Position numbers and translations under genes: made by a program. 64,000 bases of DNA from Camelus dromedarius (taxonomy: Eukaryota), in NCBI RefSeq assembly GCF_036321535.1, contig NC_087447.1:37512001-37576000 (forward strand), read 5' to 3'. This document shows positions 51,521 to 64,000 of the stretch, one piece after another. Each line of letters starts with the position of its first letter. The first letter of the stretch is position 1. The notes beneath the pieces are model-generated. The model was not told where the DNA came from, did not search any database, and was given only the letters and a program-made list of their open reading frames with translations.

Positions 51521-53129
51521 AAGTCCTTTTTTTTTTTAATTCTCCCATAATTCTGTAATAAGATGAAGGTTTCCCTTAAATTGAAATTAATTCATTAATA
51601 TTAACACTGGACACATACATTCACATACACATTCAAAAACATAACATAACTTTACCTGTAAAAAGAAAAAAATTCTATTTTCTCCCAAGTGCATTTTCTT
51701 ATGTATTGGTAGATCTGATAAAAGGCATCATTAGCTACCTTCTCCCCTTGGAGCTTTCATGAATAGTTCACTGGTAATTGGTTAGGTCCCTTCACAACGG
51801 GAAGAGGATTACCCAGCATGACATCCATTGCTGTCAGGAACACACAGAAATTGCTGATATTGAGGAGATAAATGGGGTGAAAATCACTCTCACCACCGCC
51901 CACCTCCAAGGGGTGGCTGGGCCTTCCCATCTGTGAGGACGAAGACAGACTTGGAAAAACGGTGTGGCCATTATGAGATCATCAAGAAGTCTAAGGCCAT
52001 TGTAGGGAGGTCAGAGCCTTGCACCCTCCAGATGTCATTAATTGTCCTTAATTCCAGGGATTACTACTGTTCTTTACTTCAGGCAAATTGCAAGTACAGA
52101 GGCCATGAGGATAAATATACTATTATTTCTTCCAAGAATTTAGAGGAACTCCAAACTAGGATAACTAAGGCTTCCTAGCGTGGGTCCTTTCAAAATCTGC
52201 TTTAATGAATAAAGAGCATGTTTAATAAGTTCATTGATTTGATTCCATTATTTCCTTATTCATTTTCATAAAAGAATTTGAAGTGGTTTCTAGTATTTTG
52301 TCTAAATGGAAATAAAAAAAGTGTTTTGCAAATCATGGAGGTGGGTCATTTTAAGGTGGTTCAAATATTTTTTCTTGATTCCTTTCTTTTTTTCATACAC
52401 TTAGTCACTCTTCAGAAACAATCTAAAAGCAAAATTCAGCATATTGTAATGTAAGTTCACTCTAATTCTAAACTCCTTGAGTCCAAATTAATGAGGCATA
52501 GCATTATTTACATTGGTATGCTTACATATAGGTCCCACAGATTAGAGGCTTACAATTCCTGGCAATGTTTACTAAGCGTTAAGTATGATGTGGTTGGCAC
52601 ATAATTCAGGGAGAAAGATCTGCCCAGAGAACGGAAAGACCAGTCCCCCAGTGAGCTGAATAGCCATGCCCAGAAAGAGAAAATGTGCCTGAGACTTGGA
52701 TGCCCTTCTTCTTCACAGAGGTGAGAGTAAACTTGAAGATAAGAAAATCCAACCTCCTCTCATGAATGAGAAACCTGAAATCAAGGTAGCAGAAGATCCT
52801 TGCCCAGGGTCACACAGGTTTAGTGATTCAAACAGGCCCAGAATCTCCTGACTCTTGGGTGATTCCGTGTGCTGCCTTTTATTCCTAATTTCTCAGATAT
52901 CACACCCCAGGTCCATTTAGAGCCGGCCCATCTTACGGAAGGTGGGACCCTCTGGGCATCCTATGAACGGAGGTGACAAGACACAATTACAGCCCCAGAG
53001 CATGCAGGAGACCCAAGCAGAGAGCCAGAGATAACAGAAAGTTTGCTGCTCCAGTACAGGGCTCCCCAAGCCACACAGAGCCACACAGAACTCCTGGATT
53101 ATCACAACTCACCAGCACCATTAGAGAAG

Positions 53130-53590
53130 GCTCCCTGTGGGTGCAGTACTTCGCTGAGCACTTTTCACACGTGGTCTAACTTCAAACTTCACAGAAATCC
53201 TACAAGTTCAGACAGGTTATGAGCCTATTGTCCAGAGACAAATAGGCTGCATTTGTATCCCATCTGCCTGGCTTAACAGCTCTATGCATTTTCCTCCCCA
53301 CATTTCAGTTTCCTCTCCATAAAATGGGAATAATAATGTTACTAATTCCATAAAGCCATCATGACAAGTAAATGAGTGGGTTCATGTCAAGTACTTAGGA
53401 AAATGACTGACACATGGTCAGTACTCAGTCAACACTGCAAATATTTTTGTCTGTTTTACAGACAGGGAAACTGAGGCTAAAAGAGCAACAAGTTCAAAAT
53501 TGCACAGGAAGTGAAAGAGTTGGCATCTGAGCTCCGGTCGTAACTCTAAAGCTGGTGTGTAATTAACCACATTTCTAGACCACTTTCCTC
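53130..53590. mobile_element. Cluster of MIR fragments in both orientations
   Basis: tcagtttcctctccataaaatgggaataataat (+) and ttttacagacagggaaactgaggct (-). Confidence 0.75.
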
Positions 53591-53976
53591 TAGAAAGACT
53601 CAAATGTCACTTGCGCTCTGGGTCCCCTAGGTAGTCAATCCACAACACCCTGGCTCTCTGCAACTAGCAGAGAGCAGATCCCAAGGTATGAGAGCTGCCC
53701 TCCTCATCTGGCCCACCCCACCTTTCCAACCTCTTTGCAGCCCCTCCTTTCCTCCCCACTTATGAGTTCTTGTTCATTGGGATCACCCACCTTGGATCAG
53801 CAGATACAGACACTCCACACATGTTATTAAACTGATTTAAACAATCAGCCAGTTCATTCTTTCATCCATAGAACAGCCATTCAGGACTACAGGATAGATA
53901 ATGATTTCACTGGGACTCGTGTCCCTATAAATAATTAGAATAGACACACTGTTAATTATTAAAGAATCCCCTACAT

Positions 53977-54128
53977 CAGTGGTTTTCAAACTTTAGTGGG
54001 TACAGAGATCACCTGGAGGGCTTGTTGAAAACAGATTGCTAAGCCCCATCCCTCGAGCTTCCAACATGATAGGTCTGAAGTAGGGCTTGATAATTTGCAT
54101 TTCCAACAAGTTGCCGCAGACCACACAG
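53977..54128. mobile_element. MER5A-like hAT-Charlie element
   Basis: cagtggttttcaaactt...atcacctggagggcttgttgaaaacagattgct...aatttgcatttccaacaagtt. Confidence 0.8.
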
Positions 54129-54329
54129 TGTGTACCACAGCCTCTCCATCATGCCTGATGTTATCTTTAAGCATCATCTGATAAAAATCATTCAATTCAG
54201 CTCAATTGAACAAAGTGTCCTTGAGAACCTGAAGGGTGCAGATAGCGTGCAAAGGGCAGCCTTCGAGGCTTTACTAGTTTAGTAAAAAGAATACATCAAT
54301 ACACAGATGAGGCTAGTGCCATAATTCTA

Positions 54330-55077
54330 AAAGGCTCCTCTAGAAATAAAAGATCACCATTAGAATACCACCCCCCCATGTAATAACTGCTGCAGGCAAA
54401 TGCCAAAATTGGTGAGCAAAGCATTAAAGAAAAACAGGATATTTGTATAGTCTTAAAGTGTCCCCCACAAGTATTTATTTATTACAGGGGTGGTTTTAAC
54501 ATTTGTTCACAAATTGATATTTCTCTCTCCAGGAGGTAGGGTTTAATTCCCCTCCTCCTTAGTGTGGTCTAGATTTAGTAACTGGCTTCTAACAGAGTAT
54601 GGAACAGAAAAAGCGTAACCTCATAGTGGGGAAACCTAGCAGACACCACCCTCACCAGTCAAGATGAAAACAGAAGTCACGTTGATACCATGTACCTCCT
54701 GGTGTAATGGAATATGAGTACTTCATCTTTGTGGTTTTCATCCCCAAAATCCATAACCTCAGTCTAACGAAGAGAAAACGTCACGCTAACCCAGACTGAG
54801 AAACATTCTACAAAATAACTGACCAACTCTTCAAAGGTTTTAAGGTCAAAGATAAAGAAAGACCATATAAATGTCATACATTAGAAGAAACTAGTAGATA
54901 TGATAACTAAGTATAATACGGTATCACACATTGGATTTCGAAACAGAAAAAGAATGTTAGTTTAAAAAAACTGAAAAAATCCAAATAAAGCCTGTAGTTT
55001 AGTTAACAGTACTGCAGCAACATTCATTTCTCAGTTTGGCTAAATGTACCACGGTTATGTAACATGCTGACATTAGG
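54330..55077 (+). mobile_element. L1MC-type 3'UTR remnant
   Basis: acccagactgagaaacattctacaaaataactgacc...tccaaataaagcctgtagtttagttaacagt. Confidence 0.7.
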
Positions 55078-55205
55078 GCAAGACTGGCTACAAAATTTGG
55101 TGGGCCCAGTGTAAAATGAAAATGTGAGGCCACCTGTTCAAAATTTAAAAGATTTCAAGACAGCGACAGAGAATAAAACCAAGCACAGGCCCCTCTGAGC
55201 CGCAG
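55078..55205 (-). mobile_element. MER45A-like hAT-Tip100 fragment
   Basis: gggcccagtgtaaaatgaaaatg...atttcaagacagcgacagag...aaaccaagcacaggccc. Confidence 0.8.
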
Positions 55206-55232
55206 CCCAGCGAGACTACACCAGTAGTATGC

Positions 55233-55310
55233 CAGGATGCCTGGGGGGCAGAAGGTGAAGCTTAGGGTCAGGATGCCTGGGGGGCAGAAGGTGAAGCTTA
55301 GGGTCAGGAT
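55233..55310. repeat. Perfect 36-bp tandem duplication plus partial third copy
   Basis: caggatgcctggggggcagaaggtgaagcttagggt x2, then caggat. Confidence 0.97.
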
Positions 55311-55929
55311 TTCAGCTGAGCTAGAAAAGAGCGCTGAACCCCCGTGTCTGAGGAGCTGATTAAAGCAACAAGCCAAAAAGGGAAGAGGGAAGCCTTTAAC
55401 CACTTACCCTGACAGGAGAATTGGAGAAAACGCGGACTCCTCCTGGAACCAAGCACTGGGTGGAAGGTCAACTGAATCAGTGCAGAGGTGGGGTTCATCT
55501 CACTGTTGAGTGAGCTCACGGAACATAAGCTCTCGCCCCCCTCCCCCAGCAGTTTTGTGGGCTTCAGAGCAGTGAGAGGCAAGGAAGTTTAGGCCTGAAA
55601 AACAAGTGCTGGGGTGGCGGGGCGGGGGGGGGGACACGGTGTACAGAGTCAGAGGGAAAAAGTATTTTAAGTTTACCCTCCTCCCCTGCCTGGGCTGAGA
55701 ATGGAAGTTGGACAAAGATCCAGACCAGCGGGGGTGGGGGGTGGAGGCGCTGAGACCCTGACTTGGTCTCCCTTCCCAGCATGCAGCGCACTGGTGGGCG
55801 TGAAAGGGGGGGCGGGGACAGCGCTCCTCCTGGACGACTGCCAAGTGGCCCCTTTGTAACCACCTATAGTTGGACCTGAAACACCACACATAGCTTTTTC
55901 GTTGGTTTGGGGGAGTTTTGTTGTTGTTG

Positions 55930-56025
55930 TCGTTTTATTGAAGTATAGTCAGTTTACAGTGTTATGTCAGTTTCTGGTGTACAGCATAATGTTTCAGTAA
56001 TACATAGACATACACATAGGTTTTT
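55930..56025 (-). mobile_element. Very short L1 3' terminus
   Basis: ttttattgaagtatagtcagtttaca...tctggtgtacagcataat; resembles the reverse complement of the L1 end at 59790-59850. Confidence 0.8.
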
Positions 56026-56904
56026 AACCAGGAATTGGGCTTCTCAGTAACTAGTTATTAAAAACTGGTTTTTTTGTCCCTTTTTCCACGGATCTTAGAC
56101 ATAAGTCACTGAGGCTGGACCAGGGGCCTCGGAAGAGCTACAGTAAGGTCTCCTTTGCCCCTTCTCCCCTCCCCAGGAGTGTGCTTCTTTCCCAAATGCA
56201 AATAATCAACTTGGCAAATAGATACCTATAAGCCAGCTGCCCCATCATTTCAACAGACATACCTGGACGTGGATGAATTGAGCTCCAACTGAAAGTCCCC
56301 CACCAGGTGTTCAGTGAGTGGGCTGCCCACTTAAATTTCTTTCTCCTTCTCTGACATCTCGCCTAAGTTTCCCTGAGTACCTCAAGGTAGGAAATTCACC
56401 AGTGCCTCAAATTGAAGCTTCCCCTTAATGTGATGTATTGTAGCTACTGGTTTATTTGTCCCTTGCTTTAGACTTGAAGCTCTACGACAGTAAGGACCAT
56501 GACGGGATTATTATAGCCTTCGCAACCAGCATGAGGTGTTCGTAGTGTCAGTTACAACTTAACCAAGTGAAGTAATGAATGAAGACATGAATAAAGGAAT
56601 GAATGCTGGACACTGTTCTAACATTTGGGGTTATAAAGAAGAATAAAACTTAGTTTTTGTTTTCAAAAATCTCACACTCAACTGGGCAGACAAAAGTACA
56701 ATATGCAATTTTAATAATAGCATTTATTGAGTGCTTGTTACATGCTGCGGACAAGCAATTCACATGTACTGACTCATTTGATCATCACAATAACTTTATA
56801 AGCTAGGGACAATGTTATCCCCATTTTACATGAGGTAACTGAAATAGAAAGAGTTTAAGTAAATTGCCTGAGGACATAAAGCTAAAAAGTGGCACACTGG
56901 GAAT

Positions 56905-57380
56905 TTATAATAGCAGAAAGCAGGAAATAACCCAAATGTCCATCAATAGAAACATATATGAACAAATTGTGGTCATTCATACAATAGAATTCTACTCAGC
57001 AACTAAAAGCAATAAATCACTGATACAACAACATGGGTGAATCTCAAAAACTTCATGCTGGGCAAAAGAAACCATACACAAAAAAATGCATGCAATATGA
57101 TTCTACTTATATAAAACTTCTGGGAAAAACACAAATCTAATATATGATATAAGGATGCGGATCAGTATTTGCCTGGGGCTAGGGGACAAGGTGGATATTG
57201 ACTAGGAAGGAGTGCAAGGGAATTTGGTGGTGATGTAAAGGTTCAATACATAGATTGTGGTAGTAGTTACATGGGTGTATGTATTTGTCAAAAGTTACCA
57301 CACTATATCCTTAAAATTACTGAAGTTTACTTGATATAAATTATATTTACATAGAATTTATTTAACACTTTTTAAAAAGT
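56905..57380 (+). mobile_element. Old L1 3' end inserted in a MIR
   Basis: aacccaaatgtccatcaataga...tactcagcaactaaaag...; MIR sequence (56710-56900) appears to resume at about 57405. Confidence 0.8.
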
Positions 57381-57867
57381 AAAATCAAGCACTCAGTGTA
57401 ACTTCAGAATCCTGGTTTTTAACCACTATGCTATCTAATAAATGTGACATACATACATTTGCAGAGATTGTATCAAGTATTATGAAATATAAAATTTTGG
57501 CTTCTGCCAAAATAGTTGATTTTTTTTCCCTCCTTTCACCAAAATTAACACTGAAAACAATGTAGAAGCAAGAAGAAATTGTAGGTTCCAGGAACTAACA
57601 ATAATAATAACAACAAAATGTGAGCCCTCTGAGAACATGGCCTGGAATGGTTGTGTGTCAGGAGGTGTGTAGCTGCAGCTTGAAGCTGACAGCACCCAGA
57701 GACTGTGCCAGCCAATGTGTGGGAGGAAAGCTTTGAAGTTCTGCTCTCACCTCCTTGCTGCACTGCCTTGGACGAACCATCACCTGCCACTTCACAGTCC
57801 AGCCAAGCCAGCACCCAACAGGGCAGGAGGAAAGTCCTGTGGGGGAGAGTTGATGAATTAAACAAAA

Positions 57868-58740
57868 GCGAGATGCTACTACACACCTGTTAGAATGGCC
57901 AAAAGCCAGAACCCTGACAACACCAAATGCTGGTGAGGATGTGGAGCAACAGAAACTCTCACACACTCCTGGTGGAAATGCAAAACGGTACAGCCAATTT
58001 GGAAGACAGTTTGGCAATTCCTTAACAAACTAAACATGCTCTTTCATATGATCTTGCAATCACGCTCCTTAGTATTTATCCAGAAGAGTTGAAAACTGAT
58101 GTCCACACAAAAACCTGCACACAAATGTTTATAGCAGCTGTATTCATAACTGTCAAACCCTGAAAGCAAGCAAGATACCTTCATTAGGTGAATGGATAAA
58201 TACACAGTGGTATATCCAGACAATGGAACATCACTCAGCACTAAAAATATCATTCAACACAGAACTCTAAATACATATTACTAAGTGAAAGAAGCCAATC
58301 TGACAAAGCTACATACTGTGTAATGCCAACTAGATGGCATGTTGGAAAAGGCAAAACTATGGAGACAATAAAAGATCCGTGGTTGCCAAGGGTACATGGT
58401 GAGGGGGCAAAGAATAAAAAGGCAGAGCACAGAGCATTTTTGAGGCAGACACTGAGAATATTCTGTATGGTATTATAATGAGGGATATATGTCATTATAT
58501 ATCTGTCCAAACCCATAACATGTACAACACAAAGAGTGAACCCTAAAGTAAACTTTGGATTCTGGCTGATTATAATGTGTCAGTGCATGGTTACCATTGG
58601 TAACAAATGTACCATTCTAGTGAATGATGCCAATAATGGAGAAAATTGTGCATGTATCAGGGCAGGAGGATATGGGAAATGTCTGTATTTCCCTCTCAAT
58701 TCTGTTGTGAACCTAAAACTGCTCTAAAAAAATAAAATCT
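57868..58740 (+). mobile_element. L1MC1/L1MB-like 3' end
   Basis: tacacacctgttagaatggccaaa...gacaacaccaaatgctggtgaggatgtggagcaac...gtgaacctaaaactgctctaaaaaaataaa. Confidence 0.9.
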
Positions 58741-59377
58741 TTTTTAAAAAGTTGATGAGAATGGGTTGGGTCTGCACTGCTGCCCTTAGGCTTTTACACC
58801 TGATCCCATCCTCTCCCAAACCCAGGGCTGACACAACCTGAAGAATCCACCCTCTCCCCGTGCCAATCTGCCTTACAGGCTTAAAGTGGAAGTCCAACTG
58901 GGGGACGCATGGGCTCTTGGGCTTTCTACCCTAGAACTCCTCAGTTCCCCTCTCCTTAAACCCATGGAAACAGACACCTGAACTTGACCTCTTTCCCCAA
59001 AATGCATTACCAAAGTGACTGATTGATAGCCTGAGGAAAACATGACTTAATAAACCAAAAGAACTAGATTTGAGGATATAATTACTATAAAGAAAGGCAA
59101 CATACAGAACAAGACATGAAGCAGAATTACTAAAACAAATGTTCCAAAAATACAGAATAAGCATGCAGATATGGGGCAAAATGTTAGCCATAGGAAGTAA
59201 GAACAAGAAATCAATAAGATCGCAAGTGGAAATGTTAAGTATAAATGCTATAAATAGCTAAAGTAAACAACACAGTCAATGGGATAAATGGCAAGATGAA
59301 TTTGACTAAAGAAAAATGAAGTAGTGAATTAGAAGATCTGACTAAGGAAATAATAGACAGAAAATATATAAAAGCTT

Positions 59378-59860
59378 ACTATTCAGCCATAAAAAGGAAT
59401 AAAATAATGCCATTTGCGGCAACATGGATGGGCCTGGAGATGGCCATTCTAAGTGAAGTAAGCCAGAAAGAGAAAGAAAAATACCATATATCACTTATAT
59501 GTTGAATCTAAAAAAAAAAAAAAAAAAAAAAAAAAAGACACAAATGAACTTATTTACAAAACAGAAACAGACTCACAGACATAAAAAAACAAATTTATGG
59601 TTACCAAAGGGGGAAAGGGGTAGGAAGGGATAAATTGGAAGTTCGAGATTTGCAAATACTAACTACTATATATAAAATAGATAAACAATCAGTTTCTACT
59701 GTATAGCACAGGAAACTATATTCAAAATCTTGTAGTAACCTGTAATGAAAAAGACTATGGGGATAAATATATGCATGTATCTGTATGACTGAGATTAATG
59801 CTGTGCACCAGAAATTGACACAGTATTGTAAACTGACTATATTTCAATTAAAAAAGAAAA
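59378..59860 (+). mobile_element. Younger cetartiodactyl/camelid L1 3' end
   Basis: tactattcagccataaaaaggaataaaataatgccatttgc...ctgtatagcacaggaaactatattcaa...gtaaactgactatatttcaatt plus A tail; internal poly-A expansion near 59510-59536. Confidence 0.9.
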
Positions 59861-59919
59861 TCAAAAAAATGCTTTTGGATATGAAAAGATAGACTAAATA
59901 TTAAAGATAGACTAGAATA

Positions 59920-60240
59920 AGGGGAGTATAGGAGTTCCAGAGAGATGGGCAGAAAAGTGCTCTGAGAGAGTAAAGAGCAGGGAAACCCACAGAAAGCTTA
60001 AGACAGAGAAGTCTTGAGCCGAGACAAAAAGAAGGGTTAGCATGGAAAGGAAAAACATTCCAGGCAGAAGAAAACAATACGTGCAAGTGCACGGAGGCAG
60101 GAACCAAAATGATCGCTGTGAGCTGGGACAAGCAGGCAGTCTGGTGTGTCTGGAGCAAAGGCTGTTTGAGGGAGGATGATGAAGGTTAACGTTGGAAGGC
60201 AAGCAAGGGTCAGATCAGAAGAGTCTTGGGAGATGTGCAG
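59920..60240 (-). mobile_element. L2 remnant
   Basis: aacattccaggcagaagaaaacaatacgtgcaagtgcacggaggcaggaa. Confidence 0.7.
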
Positions 60241-61039
60241 TATAGTTATGCCCCACCTTAAATATAAGGAAATGAAGTCAAGCTCAGACAGTTGACAGAG
60301 TTGCCCCAGGTTAGGCTTCCAACTGCCCGGCTCCAGCCATTTCACTGCCTCACACGTCCTCCCACCCAGTGGTAGCTCTGAGGTTGCTTAGCTTGGATGT
60401 CTCACGGCTTGACAAAGTCAGTTAAAAATTTTTTTTAAGTAAATGAAGTTGGGAAGTAGGGGACCTGTACATTCAGGATCAGGTGGGTTGTTCTGAAGTG
60501 TCAGAATGTCCAGTTGACAATTAGAAGTTGAGGGTTAAAAGTAAGAAGATCAAGACTAATAATACAAATCTGGAAATTATCAGCATATGGAGGTGGGTCC
60601 ATTCATGGGGGTGGATGGAGTTGTAGCAATAATGCCCCCTTGTAATCTTGGCAAACATTTTCTTAGGACAGAAACATTTCACTGGAGAAGTAGGACATCA
60701 CTGGCCAAGAGACGAAAACAGAAAGGCCCACGGTCACACTGGCTTTGTGCTTTCTCTCTTCGTCAGATCCTAGTGCAGTTGTAGCATCTTCTGTCAGCCA
60801 GGCACTGTGCTAGCACATCAGATCCCCTGGATGGGATCTGAATATGATGTTAAATTGCTTCTGTCAACCAACTGGTGAAGATAACCATCCTCAGACACAG
60901 ATTGTCATAAGTCTGACTTCTTTTAAGTTACACCCAACCCTGGGGTCCAGGAATACAGGAACACTAGAGTTGCTTGGGAAACTCAAATTGGGGAGAGGTA
61001 TCTCTGAATACCAGGTGCCCAGAGAAGCGTCCTCTTATC

Positions 61040-61170
61040 CAAAAGGAAAATATTATTACTTCTACCTTGTAGATAAAGAACTAAATCAGAGAGGTTAAGT
61101 GACTTGCCCAAGGTCATTCAGCTAAGAAGCTGGGATTCAAATGGAGAGTAGGTTGGCTCCAGAGCCAAGG
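61040..61170 (-). mobile_element. MIR SINE
   Basis: cagagaggttaagtgacttgcccaaggtcattcagct...gggattcaaa. Confidence 0.85.
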
Positions 61171-62464
61171 AGATGGAGATGAAACAAGACAGTCCTGAGT
61201 GTACCTAGCATTCATTCTCATTCTTGCTTTTTCAAAGCCCCAAACTCAGAGTGGGTCAGGAGGAAAAGGTCCATTTCCTCGCTTCTAAGAAGCTTGAGGA
61301 TTGAGGTCACCATTTGATGGAGAAGAAGGAGTTTGGGTGGGTTGCAAGACAGAACTGGGTCCCAGCCTGAGCTGTGCCACAACTTGCTATGGGACTGTGA
61401 CCAAGTCACCACCACACCACACCCTGCCATTCTCTCTGCACAAGGGAGACTCTGGAATCCAAGGTCTCTGTGACTGGCAGGGGGCTTATCTTAGACTCTA
61501 CACCACACCCACTGGGGCTGGCAGCATCCAATTCTCTCCTCCCAGTGCCTTTCCTTCTCTCCATTCATACCAGCCATTCCAGCTCGGGCTTTCCAGCTGA
61601 GGGCTGGGCGTGGATTGTTTGAGAAGCCATATGGCATCCCAGCACAGCCGAGAGTCCAATCTCAAGGGGAAACCATTGTTCATTCATCTGGACCGAGTGA
61701 CATTCTTTATGCAAGAATAACTCTTGATTAAAGGGTGAGTTTTAATGGAAACTAATTAGGCAAACTCTTTAGCCTGGGCATAATGATCAAATGAGCTGTC
61801 ACACCGTACCTGATACAATGATCTCACTCGCTACAAGATTTTATTCCTTAGCAATTACACTCCCACATGGCACTGCGTGCCGTTATTGCCTGGAGCACAC
61901 ATGTCAAATTAAAGAGCAACTTATGCACCTGATATTTAATTATTGCCTAGTACTACAGACACCCGGGGAATGTCAAAGTGAGCAGTCCTGCTTGGGAGAA
62001 ACGAAAACTGAAATCTTCTTCTGCAAGGGAGTGAAAAAAAATAGGGATAAAATATGTATAGGTTACTATAGTTCCTTATTCAGCCGTCTTACAATTCAGT
62101 TACAAAACCTGCTCTCCCAAACCTTGAATAATTTACCATTTTTTTTCTCCATCCAGAAAAAGTCAGCAGAAGGAGAGTTGCAGGTAAAGGCACAGGGGTC
62201 CTATTGGTATTTGTTTACCTGTGTGATTGATGTGGTCAGATCTGGTCAACACTGAGCTCCTCCGGTAAGTTATTCTTTCACTAACAGGCTCTGACAGGAA
62301 AGAGGGTGCCTCGCATGCCTCTCTAGCCCAAAGGGAAATGTCTGCCCTCAAGGCTGAGCACTCGGGCAGCCCCATCTTGCACGTTAGTCATACTAGGCAA
62401 CAAATTTGAAAAGTTGACCTAAGTTTCTCCAAAAGTTGGGACAGTGAGAGGCCACTGGGACGGA

Positions 62465-62637
62465 AGGATCCATCTCTACTTTGGGTGTGTATTAGAATAA
62501 TCTGGAGAACTTTTCAAACATACTGATGCTTAGAATTCCACCCCAGACTATTTACATTAGGATCTGGAAAGGAAGACTTGGTAATTTTTAAGCCCTCAGA
62601 TGATTCTAATATTCAAGTAGGGCTGAGAACCACTGGT
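62465..62637. mobile_element. MER5-like hAT element
   Basis: attagaataatctggagaacttttcaaacatactgatgc...gatgattctaat...gggctgagaaccactg. Confidence 0.75.
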
Positions 62638-63464
62638 CTGAATTGGAACCAGCCAGACACTCATCAGCATTTAGTGTTACAGGAGCTGCATCGGTCTTCA
62701 GAAAGTCAGAATTCCAAGCATCAGTGCCTTTGCATATGCTGTTCTCTCTCTGGAATGCTCTTCCCCACTCCTTCTTTCTACCTGGAAAAGAAAATTATCC
62801 TTTAACCTCAAGTGTAAATGTTACTTTCCTATGAAGTCTCTCCTGATTTCCCCAAGAAGAGTTGCTTCAGCATCTACCGAGAGCCAGACACAACACTCAA
62901 AGGATCATTAGACTAACCCGCTCTTCTCAGAGGGGGTTCAAGAAGAGAATCCCCATGTGTCCAGCAACCATCTGAGTCCCAGCTGAGAAAATTCTGAGAA
63001 TGTCTTGGTCCCTTTTGCTCCAGATAAAGAAATTCAATTACCCATTATCAGAACTGCACTGCCTAACACTAGAATGCCTTGATATGAAAGCTTTTGTATT
63101 TAGTAAACTGCACAGCTTGTGAAAACCCCCTCGAAACATCTGGCAGGAGGCCCAGCAGAGGTAAGGCTGAAACCTCTAATGATGCAACATGTAAACAAGT
63201 GTTTTGTTTCAACTGATAATCATTAACTTCCAGTGTCAGCCTTACCCCCAGAGGTCTGGTTCCTCAGCCTTGCGAAGGCCTCTGGGAAACAGCAGCTGGG
63301 ATGGGGCTCGTGCACAGCCGATGGGGCGAGAGGGGGCAGGCAGGCCTGTCACTATCAACCAGAAGAGCAGGAGGTGACAGGAGCATATGCCTCTAATAGA
63401 AGGGAGTGGAAACAGAGTCCTAACCTCCTTTCAGGGACTTTGATTCTGGGCAAGGGTTGCCTCT

Positions 63465-63590
63465 CAGCTGTACCTCTGGCTAATCGTGTGACCTTGGGAA
63501 GGAAGCTCAGTTTCTCTGCCAAATGGAATTAACAAAGGTCTCTGTTTTACAGGGTAGTTGTGAGACTTATGTGAGAAAATATGTTCCAAA
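63465..63590 (+). mobile_element. MIR remnant
   Basis: gtgtgaccttgggaagg...ctcagtttctctgccaaatgg...acagggtagttgtgaga. Confidence 0.65.
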
Positions 63591-64000
63591 AGGCTTCTGG
63601 CAGAGCCCTGACTTACAGAAAGCAGTCGATAAAGGAAATTTCTTTCTCCATTCTTCCCTTCAGACATTCCTACCTGGGACCCAGACTAGTCTGAAGACCC
63701 CTTTCCTAACTCAGTTAGTAAAGGCTATTAGCCTCCAGGATCACTGGGCTGAAGTTGGTGGTGTCTGTACACATGAATACCGAAATACAAACCCATAACA
63801 GAACAGCTGGATTTTCACTCTCATTGACCTGGTGCTGAGTAAGACTTCACTCTGTAATTCAAATATTGTTTCATTCAGTCAGCTTTAATTAAGTAACTAC
63901 TATGTTCCAGGCACTATGTGCACTAAGATGATTGAGAAATGTGTTCACAGCTTGGGTTCCTGGAAAGCAGACACTAACTCAGACACTGAGACAGACAAAA

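Noticed and set aside
23212..55310. CRISPR-like arrays at the 31-bp, 36-bp and 11-bp repeats
   Set aside because: The units are directly adjacent with no spacers, there are only 2-3 copies, the context is eukaryotic and no cas genes are present.
61791..62255. Longest ORF (154 aa) as a gene
   Set aside because: No recognisable domain or coding-like composition. It overlaps the enhancer-like block and is probably a chance ORF.
62140..62270. Micro-exon-like acceptor/donor pair
   Set aside because: An isolated pair of splice-like sites with no partner exons or frame support, as expected by chance in 64 kb.
1..64000. Supplied ORFs as host protein-coding genes
   Set aside because: All are 154 aa or shorter. 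None resembles a host protein I recognise, and those with recognisable motifs are L1 or ERV fragments. I could not assemble a consistent multi-exon reading frame, though small exons cannot be excluded by eye.

Overview
Mammalian, repeat-rich, apparently non-coding DNA. A Vic-1-like tRNA-derived SINE and cetartiodactyl-type L1 3' ends point to a camelid genome; this is an inference. I find no intact protein-coding gene: the supplied ORFs are chance ORFs or decayed TE fragments. The main structure is a degraded class I (gamma-like, ERV1) provirus at 38361-45786 with the order 5' LTR, PBS, gag, pro, pol, env remnant, PPT, 3' LTR. It carries several internal deletions and a solo LTR nested in RT (41848-42341, ATAT target-site duplication), and a second solo LTR lies just upstream (37518-38175, CTAC TSD). 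The most interesting signal is LTR asymmetry. The 3' LTR keeps TATA and AATAAA, is about three times richer in CpG than the 5' LTR, and carries a YY1 site and a 3x CGCGAGAACTC array that the 5' LTR lacks. This suggests a co-opted, germline-unmethylated promoter, but expression cannot be shown from sequence. The rest is old MIR, L2, L1, CR1, MaLR and DNA-transposon remnants, several repeat-free homeodomain-motif-rich blocks that look like conserved developmental enhancers, a GC-box island near 55.5-55.9 kb, and three perfect short tandem duplications. Repeat family names come from recalled consensus sequences, and most boundaries of old repeats are approximate.
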